The notes beneath the pieces are model-generated. The model ran no database searches. It had not been told where the DNA came from and saw nothing but the letters and a program-made list of their open reading frames with translations. Shown in pieces: positions 10,077 to 18,470 of a stretch of 64,000 bases of DNA (positions are counted from its first letter, which is position 1; the number at the start of each line of letters is the position of its first letter). The stretch comes from an uncultured Planctomycetia bacterium (GTDB lineage: Bacteria; Omnitrophota; Gorgyraeia; Tantalellales; Tantalellaceae), in the NCBI GenBank assembly GCA_964527765.1, contig CAZGQR010000001.1, forward strand, positions 246,353-310,352, written 5' to 3'. The position numbers were made by a program, and so were the translations under genes.

Positions 10077-11090
10077 TTACAAAAGTCCTGCCCGTTCGTC
10101 CAGGCCGGACATTATGTTCATGTTCTGCATGGCCTGCCCGCTTGCGCCCTTCAGAAGATTATCTATCGCCGATACTATTATCAGCACGTCCCGGGACACC
10201 TTGATGCCTATGTCGCAGAAGTTGGTACCTGCCACATCCTGCAATTGCGGCATATGGCCCTCGGGGCTCAACCTTACAAAAGGCTCGTCCTTGAAATAAT
10301 CCGCATACAGCTTGCGTATCTCGTCCGATCCCGGCAGACCTTTATGCTGGACATAGATCGTGGACAGAATACCCCGTTTCACGGGCAGAAGATGCGGTAT
10401 AAAATTCAGCCGTACATCCATCCCGCACGCACCGGAGAGCACGTGTTCCATTTCCGGCATATGCTGATGCTCGTTGACCTTATAACACTTGAAGTTCTCA
10501 TCGATCTCGCCGAAAGACAGGGGGATCGAAGCCTTTCTTCCCGCGCCCGTCGCGCCGCTCTTTGCGTCTATTATGATCGGGTGACCCGCCTCTGTTGCCA
10601 TTTTAATGACCGGCAGAAGCCCCAGGATAACGCCGGTCGGATAACAACCGGGATTAGCCACAAACGCGGCGCCCCTGATCTTCTTCCTGTTCAGTTCGGG
10701 TAACCCGTACACGGCATTCTTCAGGTTCCCTGTATCTGTATGCTCCGTGTTGTACCACTTTTTATATACTTCCGCAGGCAGACGATAATCGGCGCTGAGA
10801 TCTATCACCTTTTTGCCTTTTTTAAGAAGTTCCGGCGCCACTTTCATGGATACCGTATGCGGAAGGGCCAGAAAGACCATGTCACTGCTTGCGGAAACAG
10901 CTTCCACGTCAAGGTTCCCGCAAACAAGAGAGATCTTCTTTCCGAACCTTGGATAAAGGTCCGAAAATTCCGTTTCCTTCTCAACAAGCGCCGACAAAGA
11001 GGTTATCTCAACCTCGGGATTTCTCAGGAGAACTTCTACCAGCTCTTCGCCCGTATATCCGGTCGCACCGACTACTCCTATCTTGATCAT
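10077..11090 (-). CDS. argC: N-acetyl-gamma-glutamyl-phosphate reductase
   Basis: GATGYTG, DLSADYR, YGLPE, NPGCYPT and DNLLKGASGQA motifs. Confidence 0.98.
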   Translation of the reverse strand: MIKIGVVGATGYTGEELVEVLLRNPEVEITSLSALVEKETEFSDLYPRFGKKISLVCGNLDVEAVSASSDMVFLALPHTVSMKVAPELLKKGKKVIDLSADYRLPAEVYKKWYNTEHTDTGNLKNAVYGLPELNRKKIRGAAFVANPGCYPTGVILGLLPVIKMATEAGHPIIIDAKSGATGAGRKASIPLSFGEIDENFKCYKVNEHQHMPEMEHVLSGACGMDVRLNFIPHLLPVKRGILSTIYVQHKGLPGSDEIRKLYADYFKDEPFVRLSPEGHMPQLQDVAGTNFCDIGIKVSRDVLIIVSAIDNLLKGASGQAMQNMNIMSGLDERAGLL

Positions 11091-11174
11091 TGTCTTTCCC
11101 CCGCAAATTTGCTTAAATTATATATATATGGTGGGTTATACGTAATATACCCCATTGATCCCCGCGAAAATCCA

Positions 11175-11203
11175 AGTATAAAATAAATGACCTGTCATGT
11201 CAA
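11175..11203 (-). promoter_or_regulatory. sigma70-type promoter of the arg-lys-dap operon
   Basis: Minus strand TTGACA (11203-11198), 17-bp spacer, TATACT (11180-11175). The spacer holds the palindrome ATGAC-N2-GTCAT. Confidence 0.75.
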
Positions 11204-11247
11204 CAATTAAAAAGGCCTGAAGCGGCATCCGGCATCCAGGGCCTATT

Positions 11248-11278
11248 AAAAAGCAGGCCACGCTTCAAGCGTGGCCTG
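11248..11278 (-). terminator. Rho-independent terminator downstream of rpsI
   Basis: CAGGCCACGCTT-C-AAGCGTGGCCTG perfect inverted repeat followed on the minus strand by CTTTTT. A second, weaker hairpin plus T-run lies at ~11209-11244. Confidence 0.8.
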
Positions 11279-11316
11279 TCGATCTGTATCCTGAAACTTT
11301 TGATATATAGCTGAAT

Positions 11317-11712
11317 TTAGCGCTTCGAGAACTGGAAACTCTTACGGGCACGCTTCTGGCCGTACTTTTTACGTTCCTTGGCTCTGGGGTCCCGGGTAAG
11401 AAAACCGCTCTTTTTCAGTGTAAGCCGCAGATTCTCATCACTTTTCAGCAGAGCCCTCGAGATCCCATGCTTGAGAGCCCCGGCCTGTCCGCTTATCCCT
11501 CCGCCGGAAAGCGTAGCCACGATATCAAACTTATTCAATGTTCCCGTAGCTTCCATGGGCTGAAGAACAATGATCCTGTGCGTTTCCCTGGGGAAAAAAT
11601 CCTTGAAATCCCTTTTATTGATCTTTATTTTACCGCTGCCGGGACGCAGCCTGACCCTGGCGACAGATTCCTTGCGCCTGCCAACAGCTATGTATTCTAC
11701 TGAATCCTGCAT
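11317..11712 (-). CDS. rpsI: 30S ribosomal protein S9
   Basis: [20 protein letters not shown] and [22 protein letters not shown] motifs. Confidence 0.99.
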   Translation of the reverse strand: MQDSVEYIAVGRRKESVARVRLRPGSGKIKINKRDFKDFFPRETHRIIVLQPMEATGTLNKFDIVATLSGGGISGQAGALKHGISRALLKSDENLRLTLKKSGFLTRDPRAKERKKYGQKRARKSFQFSKR

Positions 11713-11727
11713 CTAATACCTCTCATT

Positions 11728-12162
11728 TTACAGCTTTTTCTGTTTCGGTCGTTGTGCCACATGAGGATGTTCGCTGCCGGTATACAATTTTAACCTTCTC
11801 AACATCCGCACGCCCAATTTATTCTTGGGAAGCATGCCCCTGACCGCATGTCTCATAACATACTTCGGGTCTTTTTCGAACATGCTGTCATATCTGGTCT
11901 TTTTCTGTCCGCTGGGATACCCGGAATATCTCGTATAGACCTTTTTGGCCTCTTTATTGCCGGTAACCTTTATCTTATCACAATTTATCACGATAACCCC
12001 CGCCCCTGAATCCACGTTGGGAGTATAATCCGGACGGTACTTACCGCTCAACAGCGTGGCTATCTCCGTGGCTGCCCTGCCCAGCACCTTGTCTGCGACA
12101 TCGATCACATACCACTCGTGTTTAGCCTCTTCTTGTTTTATCATTTTTGTCTTCATAATCAC
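11728..12162 (-). CDS. rplM: 50S ribosomal protein L13
   Basis: WYVID..VLGR, YTPNVDSG, RYSGYPSG and VRGMLPKNKLG motifs; start GTG 12162 or ATG 12156. Confidence 0.99.
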   Translation of the reverse strand: MIMKTKMIKQEEAKHEWYVIDVADKVLGRAATEIATLLSGKYRPDYTPNVDSGAGVIVINCDKIKVTGNKEAKKVYTRYSGYPSGQKKTRYDSMFEKDPKYVMRHAVRGMLPKNKLGVRMLRRLKLYTGSEHPHVAQRPKQKKL

Positions 12163-12250
12163 AAATTATCCCTTGAGAAGGCGGGAGACTTTACTGTAAA
12201 AACCATGAAATCCCAGCTGCGGAAAAACCGATTCCCGCATTGAGCATGTA

Positions 12251-12279
12251 AAATTAACATATTTAAAGGGGTTTGTCAA
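12251..12279 (-). promoter_or_regulatory. Putative sigma70 promoter for rplM-rpsI
   Basis: TTGACA (12279-12274), 17 bp, TAATTT preceded by TG-N. Confidence 0.55.
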
Positions 12280-12353
12280 GGGTTTTAAACGCCGGAAACT
12301 ATGGAACTTAAAGCATGCCGGATGGATCCGTTCCCAAAATACCGGGCAACTAT

Positions 12354-12530
12354 TCACTCGGGTCCGTAGATCGCCCTGTAAAGAGCCTTTACCTGGTCCC
12401 GATAATAAGCGTTGAACACCCGGTGAAGCGCTCTCCTGGAAATGGCCCTTTTCTGCATATCGCGTGTTTTCTTGTTCCTTCTCCGTATGTCATTGATCGT
12501 GACATTATGCTCATGCAGCTTCTTGGTCAT
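12354..12530 (-). CDS. Unannotated 58-aa basic hypothetical protein, coupled to the AbrB-family gene
   Basis: Below the ORF-track cutoff. ATG overlaps the upstream TGA (TGATG) and follows GGGGAGGAG. Translation: MTKKLHEHNVTINDIRRRNKKTRDMQKRAISRRALHRVFNAYYRDQVKALYRAIYGPE. Confidence 0.7.
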   Translation of the reverse strand: MTKKLHEHNVTINDIRRRNKKTRDMQKRAISRRALHRVFNAYYRDQVKALYRAIYGPE

Positions 12531-12703
12531 CACTCCTCCCCTTTCCTTATTTTCTTAAAAACGACGCTACCGTCGTCCTGGACGATAAAAGTCACTTTGT
12601 CGCGGCTCTTTATGCCGAAATATCCCTGAAGCACCTTCGGGATGAATATCTGCCCTCTGTCCGAGACCGTAGCGCTGAACTTGAATCTGCCTTTTCTTGC
12701 CAT
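12530..12703 (-). CDS. AbrB/MazE/SpoVT-family DNA-binding protein (57 aa)
   Basis: ATVSDRGQIFIPK...FGIKSRDKVTF..DDGSVVFKK matches the swapped-hairpin pattern (S.RGQI.IP...LG...GD.V). Start ATG 12703 with GAGGAG RBS. Confidence 0.88.
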   Translation of the reverse strand: MARKGRFKFSATVSDRGQIFIPKVLQGYFGIKSRDKVTFIVQDDGSVVFKKIRKGEE

Positions 12704-12727
12704 CCGATATATCTCCTCTTCCCAGAA

Positions 12728-12767
12728 AGTATATAACAAGTATATGACAAGTATAAATACTTGTCAA
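12728..12767 (-). promoter_or_regulatory. Near-consensus sigma70 promoter overlapped by a palindromic and tandem operator
   Basis: TTGACA (12767-12762), 17 bp, TATACT (12744-12739). Perfect IR TGACAAGTAT-AA-ATACTTGTCA (12745-12766). AAGTATA occurs three times at 10-11 bp spacing. Confidence 0.8.
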
Positions 12768-12817
12768 GAGAAAATTACATTATACCGGTCGGACTCCGGG
12801 GAAAATGACGGGATAAA

Positions 12818-13552
12818 CTAGTACTTCACTTCAAGAAGGAACAGGCCCTTTGCCGGAGCGGTGGGGCCGGCCGTGGTCCTGTCCCTGTTCTTCAGGATCT
12901 TCCGCATGCTTCCGGGGGGAAGATATCCTCTCCCTATATCGATCATGGTCCCTACTATGTTGCGGACCATGTTGTACAAAAAACCGTCCGCCTCGATGTC
13001 TATCGTAAGGAAGGCCTTTCTTTTCCCGATGTCGATGCGGAAGATCCTCCGTTCAGAGGTCCTTTCTCTCTTGTCCCTGGCCTGGAACGATTTGAAATCG
13101 TGCCGCCCTTCAAGGAAGGCGGCTTCTTTCTTCATCAGGGGAACATCCAGCTTGTACGGGATGCGCCAGGAATATTTTTCACTGAACGGGTCCCTGTGAC
13201 GGGAATTGAGGATACGATATCTGTAACGTTTCGATCTGGCATCGAACCGGGAATGAAAATCAGGCGGGACTTCTTCCGCGTGGGTTACCGCTATATCCTC
13301 CGGCAGGACCATATTGAGGGCCATCGGCATTTTTCCGGCGGGAATGGCCAGCGGCGTCTTGAAGTGCGCGACCTGGGCTTTCGCATGCACCCCGGCATCG
13401 GTCCGGCTTGCCCCGTGAACACGATGCCCCTTCCCAAAGGCCTTCATTATGGCCTGTTCTATCTCCTCCTGGACGGTCCGGCCGTTCTTCTGGATCTGCC
13501 ATCCCCTGTAGCTGGTGCCGTCATAGGAAATCGTGAGTTTGATGTTGCGCAT
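12818..13552 (-). CDS. truA: tRNA pseudouridine(38-40) synthase
   Basis: YDGT.Y.GWQ, SRTDAGVHA, FHSRF, FLYNMVR and TAPAKGL motifs. Confidence 0.98.
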   Translation of the reverse strand: MRNIKLTISYDGTSYRGWQIQKNGRTVQEEIEQAIMKAFGKGHRVHGASRTDAGVHAKAQVAHFKTPLAIPAGKMPMALNMVLPEDIAVTHAEEVPPDFHSRFDARSKRYRYRILNSRHRDPFSEKYSWRIPYKLDVPLMKKEAAFLEGRHDFKSFQARDKRERTSERRIFRIDIGKRKAFLTIDIEADGFLYNMVRNIVGTMIDIGRGYLPPGSMRKILKNRDRTTAGPTAPAKGLFLLEVKY

Positions 13553-13561
13553 CTTGATATG

Positions 13562-14623
13562 CTATGAATCCCGGCCGGATATAAGGAATTCCGCGATCTG
13601 AATCGCGTTAAGGGCTGCGCCTTTTCTGAGGTTGTCCGAGACGATCCACATATTTATGCCGCTCGGGACGGACTCGTCCTCCCTTATGCGTCCGACAAAG
13701 ACATCGTCCTTGCCTTCCGCCTCGATGGGCATCGGATATCTGTTTTCCGCCGGATCATCGATCACGGTGATGCCGGGAAAATCCTGCATGAGCTTTATGA
13801 CATCTTCTCTATTGAGTTTCTTTTCGGTCTCGATGTTCACGCTCTCCGAATGCGCGTAATACACGGGTATCCGCACGCAGGTCGCCGTGACCGGAAGATC
13901 CGGCATCTCCATGATCTTGCGGGTCTCATCGACCATTTTCATTTCTTCCCTGGTATAAAAATTCTCCCTGAACACATCTATATGCGGGATCACGTTATAA
14001 GCGATCTGATGAGGGAACTTATTTATCATCCCGGCCGGTATGGTATGTTCGCCTATACCGTGATGCGACTCCTTTTTGCTGAGCCTTATGACCTGGCTTT
14101 CCATCTCAAGGATATTCTGCTGGCCCGCTCCTGAAACAGACTGAAAAGTGGTCGCCACGACCCTTTTAATGCGCGCCTGCCTGTTTATGGCGCACAGCGG
14201 CAGGACCATCTGTATGGTCGAACAGTTCGGATTGGCTATGATCCCCCTGTGGTCATTGAGGGCATGCGGATTGACCTCAGGAACAACAAGAGGCACATCC
14301 GCTTCCATGCGAAACGCGCTGGAGTTGTCGACACAGACCGCGCCGGCGCGCACCGCATGCGCCAGAAATTCTTTACTCCGCGACGCCCCCGCTGATGCCA
14401 GCACTATATCGATACCTTCAAAGGAATCCTTGCTCAGGACCTGCACTTCATGTTCTTTTCCGCGAAAGACCAGTTTCTTGCCTCTTGACCGTTCGCTTGC
14501 CAGAAGACGCAGCTGGTCAACGGGAAAAGCCCGTTCCTCGAGTATCCAGAGAAACTGGGTACCGACAGCCCCGGTCGCACCCATGACCGCTACATTATAT
14601 TTTTTCTTTTTCTTCAGCATCAT
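13562..14623 (-). CDS. asd: Aspartate-semialdehyde dehydrogenase
   Basis: GATGAVG, DNSSAFRM, NPNCSTIQ, QSVSGAG and DNLRKGAALNA motifs. Confidence 0.98.
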   Translation of the reverse strand: MMLKKKKKYNVAVMGATGAVGTQFLWILEERAFPVDQLRLLASERSRGKKLVFRGKEHEVQVLSKDSFEGIDIVLASAGASRSKEFLAHAVRAGAVCVDNSSAFRMEADVPLVVPEVNPHALNDHRGIIANPNCSTIQMVLPLCAINRQARIKRVVATTFQSVSGAGQQNILEMESQVIRLSKKESHHGIGEHTIPAGMINKFPHQIAYNVIPHIDVFRENFYTREEMKMVDETRKIMEMPDLPVTATCVRIPVYYAHSESVNIETEKKLNREDVIKLMQDFPGITVIDDPAENRYPMPIEAEGKDDVFVGRIREDESVPSGINMWIVSDNLRKGAALNAIQIAEFLISGRDS

Positions 14624-15682
14624 CTATACCTTGTCCAGGGCCTCCACGACCAGATCGCCGACCTCCGAAGTGGAATAACCCATTTTACCGGCTGAAAGGC
14701 TCTTCAGCTTGGTGGCCGTAACATCCATTACCGCCTTTTCTATAAGATCGGCAGCTTCATGTTCGCCCAGCTCCTCCAGCAGCATGCTCCCGGCGCATAT
14801 GGCGGCAAGCGGGTTGATAACGTTCTTGCCGGTATATTTGGGGGCCGATCCCCCGATGGGCTCGAACATGGAAACACCCTCCGGATTGATATTCCCCCCG
14901 GCGGCTATGCCCATGCCTCCCTGTACCATGGCCCCGAGATCCGTAAGGATATCGCCGAACATGTTGTCCGTTACGAGGACATCGAACCATTCCGGGTTTT
15001 TGATCATCCACATGCATGTCGCATCGACATGAGCGTAATCTGTTTTAACCGTAGGATATTCCTTGGCCATCTCATTAAAAGCTCTTTCCCACAGGTCAAA
15101 GGCATATGTCAAAACATTCGTCTTTCCTACCAGCGTTAATTTGTTCTGCTTGTTGCGTTTTTTCGTATATTCGAACGCGTACCTGAGGCACCGGTCCACG
15201 CCTTTGCGGGTATTGCGTGAAACCTGCAGGGCGATCTCTTGCGGTGTACCCTTGTTTATAAATTCCCCCTCCCCCACATACAGTCCCTCGTTATTCTCGC
15301 GGACAAAAACAAAATCAATGTCCTCCGGCCCCTTGTCCTTTACGGGGGTCCATACCCCGGGATACAGTTTTACCGGACGCAGGTTTATGTACTGCTCAAG
15401 CGAAAATCTCAGTTTCAGCAGTAAGCCCTTTTCCAGGATCCCGGGTCTCACGTCAGGATGTCCCACCGCTCCGAGATATATGGCATCCGTTGTCCTGAGC
15501 TCGTCGAGGACGCTGTCGGGAAGGACTTCGCCCGTTCTTTTATACCGTTCCCCTCCCACGTCATACATGATCTTTTCACACTTGATGCCGGTCTTGCCTG
15601 CGGCCGCATCCAGGACTTTCAAGCCTTCGCGCATGACCTCCGGCCCTGTCCCGTCCCCGGGTATAACTGCTATCTTGTACAT
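14624..15682 (-). CDS. leuB: 3-isopropylmalate dehydrogenase
   Basis: PGDGTGPEV, NLRP, RENNEG, NMFGDILTD and EPIGGSAP motifs; adjacent to leuCD. Confidence 0.92.
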   Translation of the reverse strand: MYKIAVIPGDGTGPEVMREGLKVLDAAAGKTGIKCEKIMYDVGGERYKRTGEVLPDSVLDELRTTDAIYLGAVGHPDVRPGILEKGLLLKLRFSLEQYINLRPVKLYPGVWTPVKDKGPEDIDFVFVRENNEGLYVGEGEFINKGTPQEIALQVSRNTRKGVDRCLRYAFEYTKKRNKQNKLTLVGKTNVLTYAFDLWERAFNEMAKEYPTVKTDYAHVDATCMWMIKNPEWFDVLVTDNMFGDILTDLGAMVQGGMGIAAGGNINPEGVSMFEPIGGSAPKYTGKNVINPLAAICAGSMLLEELGEHEAADLIEKAVMDVTATKLKSLSAGKMGYSTSEVGDLVVEALDKV

Positions 15683-15713
15683 TTATCCTCCAGCTTCTCC
15701 GAATGCTAAAATC

Positions 15714-16253
15714 CTATTTTTTCTTCTTTTTCACGCGCCCGGCCTTTTTCTTTGCCGTGCGTTTTATTCCCTTGTCCTTTGCGTATTCCATAAGCCCGCC
15801 GCTTCGAATGATCTCTTTTATGAATCTGGGAAAGACCTCGGCCTTATAAACCGTCCTGCGTCTTGCCTTCGAGATCTCGCCTTTAGTGACGTTGACTTCC
15901 ACCTGGTCTTTCTTTTTCAGGATCTCCGCGGCCTCCGCGCTTGTAAAGACAGGCAGCCCGATATTGATGGCGTTCCTGTAAAATATCCTGGCGAAACTCT
16001 TGGCGATCACGCAGGATACCCCTGCCGCTTTAATGGCAATGGGGGCGTGTTCCCTGCTCGATCCGCATCCGAAATTCTCCCCGGCCACTATGACATCTTT
16101 TTCCTCCACCTTTCTGACGAACCTCGGATCGGCATCTTCCATGCAATGTTTCGCCAGTTCGGCCGGGTCGGATGTGTTCAGATACCGGGCCGGGATGATC
16201 TCATCGGTATTTATGTTATCTCCGAACTTGTGAACCTTGCCTTTTATCTTCAT
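15714..16253 (-). CDS. leuD: 3-isopropylmalate dehydratase small subunit (type 2), with a Lys-rich C-terminal tail
   Basis: NINTDEIIP, NFGCGSSREHA and FARIFYRNAINIG motifs. Confidence 0.93.
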   Translation of the reverse strand: MKIKGKVHKFGDNINTDEIIPARYLNTSDPAELAKHCMEDADPRFVRKVEEKDVIVAGENFGCGSSREHAPIAIKAAGVSCVIAKSFARIFYRNAINIGLPVFTSAEAAEILKKKDQVEVNVTKGEISKARRRTVYKAEVFPRFIKEIIRSGGLMEYAKDKGIKRTAKKKAGRVKKKKK

Positions 16254-16279
16254 GAATGACCAGTCTCCGATCCATGTGT

Positions 16280-17560
16280 TTACAGATTCGACGGATGCGT
16301 TATCACGCCCTTGATCGCACTTGCTGCGGCGATCGCCGGATTCGCCAGGTAAACGTAACTTTTGGGATGCCCCATGCGGCCGACAAAATTCCTGTTGGTG
16401 GTGCTGACGGCGACCTCCCCTTCGGAGAGGACACCCATGTGCCCTCCAAGACAGGGACCGCAGCTCGGGGTACAGAAAACACCGCCCGCGCGGACAAACG
16501 TTTCCGCGTAACCGGCTTCAACCGCTTCCAGGTAAATGGCCTGCGTGGCCGGGATAACGATAAGACGCGTTCCGGGATTGACTTTCTTGTTCTTAAGCAC
16601 GGCGGCGGCCTGCTTAAGATCACCTATCCTGCCGTTCGTGCATGACCCGATAACGGCCTGATCGATCTTAACGTTCTTAAATTCACTGACAGGCCTGCCG
16701 TTTGACGGCAGGTGAGGCGCGGCTACGATCGGCTCCAGCTTGGAAACGTTATACTCCCTTATATCGGCATACACGGCATCTTCATCGCTTTCCACCAGTT
16801 TGTATGATTTGCGCGGCGGCTTGTACTTTCTGATCGCCCCCTTGACGTACTTTTCCGTGGTCTTATCGGGCGCAATGATGCCGTTCTTCGCCCCTGCCTC
16901 GATAACCATGTTGCACATGGTAAGCCTATCGTCCATCGGAAGCATCCCGATCGTATCACCCGTGAACTCTATCGCCTTGTAAAGCGCTCCGGAAACCCCC
17001 AGGTCCGAAATAGCGTGAAGGATCAGATCCTTGCCTCCCACCCATTTCCTGGGTTTCCCGGTAAACCTGAGCTGTATGGTTTCGGGGACCTTTAGCCAGC
17101 ATTCCCCGAACGCCATGGCATAAGCAAGATCAGTGCTCCCCACACCCGCAGCGAAGGCCCCAAGCGCCCCGTGAGTGCACGTGTGAGAATCCGCGCCGAT
17201 CATGAGATCTCCGGGCATTATCAACCCTCTCTCGGGAAGCAGGGCATGTTCTATTCCCATTTCCCCCAGTTCAAAATAATTGGTAATACCGAACTCTTCG
17301 GCAAATTCCTTGAGGATCTTTGCCTGGTTGGCGCTCTTCATGTCCTTGGCCGGTAAAAAATGGTCCGGCACCAGTACCACGCGTTTATGGTTAAAGACCT
17401 TTTTTCTTCCCAGTTCGCGGAACTCCTTTATGGCTATGGGGCTGGTGATGTCGTTCCCCAGGCACAGGTCCACTTTCGCCATTATAAAATCGCCGGGCGC
17501 TATTTCTTTAAGGCCTGGAACATGCGCGAGCAATATCTTTTCGGTTATCGTGTATCCCAT
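16280..17560 (-). CDS. leuC: 3-isopropylmalate dehydratase large subunit (type 2)
   Basis: DSHTCTHG, GSCTN, CGPCLG (Fe-S ligands) and STTNRNFVGRMG motifs. Confidence 0.93.
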   Translation of the reverse strand: MGYTITEKILLAHVPGLKEIAPGDFIMAKVDLCLGNDITSPIAIKEFRELGRKKVFNHKRVVLVPDHFLPAKDMKSANQAKILKEFAEEFGITNYFELGEMGIEHALLPERGLIMPGDLMIGADSHTCTHGALGAFAAGVGSTDLAYAMAFGECWLKVPETIQLRFTGKPRKWVGGKDLILHAISDLGVSGALYKAIEFTGDTIGMLPMDDRLTMCNMVIEAGAKNGIIAPDKTTEKYVKGAIRKYKPPRKSYKLVESDEDAVYADIREYNVSKLEPIVAAPHLPSNGRPVSEFKNVKIDQAVIGSCTNGRIGDLKQAAAVLKNKKVNPGTRLIVIPATQAIYLEAVEAGYAETFVRAGGVFCTPSCGPCLGGHMGVLSEGEVAVSTTNRNFVGRMGHPKSYVYLANPAIAAASAIKGVITHPSNL

Positions 17561-17584
17561 TTCACCTTCCTGTCAAGACAAGCC

Positions 17585-17613
17585 AGTTTACCAAATTTTC
17601 ACCCTAAAATCAA
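17585..17613 (-). promoter_or_regulatory. Putative sigma70 promoter of leuCDB-asd-truA
   Basis: TTGATT (17613-17608), 17 bp, TG-N-TAAACT (17590-17585). Confidence 0.55.
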
Positions 17614-17707
17614 CGGCTTATTCAGCTATAATCGGAGGCAAATGTTCGGGCTGTTTGGAGCGGGACGTCGAACGGCCGAGCGGGCACGGTTCCCGAAGGC
17701 CTGAAGA

Positions 17708-18445
17708 TCAAATCTTGGGGATCGATTCTAACAGATGTTTGGTATATTCGGCTTTGGGGGCGGAGTATATCTCTTCGCGCGAAGCGATCTCCACGAGCCT
17801 GCCTTCCTTCATCACTCCTACGAAGTCCGACATGAATTCCACCACTCTAAGATCGTGCGAGATAAAGACATACGTAAGACCGAGCTCTCCCTGCAGGTCC
17901 TTCAGAAGGTTCAGTATCCCTGCCTGTATGGAGACATCCAGGCTGGAGACCGGTTCATCAAGGACGAGTATCCCCGGCCGTCTCACGAGCGCCCGGGCTA
18001 TAGCGATCCTCTGGCGCTCTCCGCCGGAAAACTGGTGCGGATATTTATCCGCGCATGGCGGACCATCCAACCTGACCAGCCTCAGGGTCTCCCTTACCCT
18101 GGACTCGATCTCCTTCTTACGGACACCACGCACCAGCAATGATTCACCGATGATCTCCTTGGCGGTCATACGGGGGTTCAGCGAACTGAACGGATCCTGA
18201 AACACGATATCCCGGTCCGCACGGATGATCTTCCGGCCTGAATCCGGGCTGAGTATACCCACAATCAGCTTGGCTATGGTCGATTTGCCGCAGCCGGACT
18301 CCCCGACCAGTCCGAACGTTCTGCCTTTTTCGACCGTGAAACTGACACCGTCGACAGCCTTTATCGGCTCCTTTTCATGCCGAAAGAGCCCTTTTCTTTC
18401 CCGGAAATATTTCTTAAGATCAATAACCTCTACCATGGGTTCCAT
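17708..18445 (-). CDS. Peptide/nickel ABC transporter ATPase (OppF/DppF-like)
   Basis: GESGCGKS, FQDPFSSLNPR, FSGGERQR and DEPVSSLDVS motifs. Confidence 0.93.
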   Translation of the reverse strand: MEPMVEVIDLKKYFRERKGLFRHEKEPIKAVDGVSFTVEKGRTFGLVGESGCGKSTIAKLIVGILSPDSGRKIIRADRDIVFQDPFSSLNPRMTAKEIIGESLLVRGVRKKEIESRVRETLRLVRLDGPPCADKYPHQFSGGERQRIAIARALVRRPGILVLDEPVSSLDVSIQAGILNLLKDLQGELGLTYVFISHDLRVVEFMSDFVGVMKEGRLVEIASREEIYSAPKAEYTKHLLESIPKI

Positions 18446-18470
18446 ATACTCAACCCCGCCTTACCTGTTT

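Noticed and set aside
15063-16259. 398-aa plus-strand ORF and other long plus-strand ORFs (e.g. 2280-3284, 1291-2145, 17280-18200, 50872-51630)
   Set aside because: All are antisense shadows of well-conserved minus-strand genes, with no recognisable domain and Ser/Pro/Arg-rich composition.
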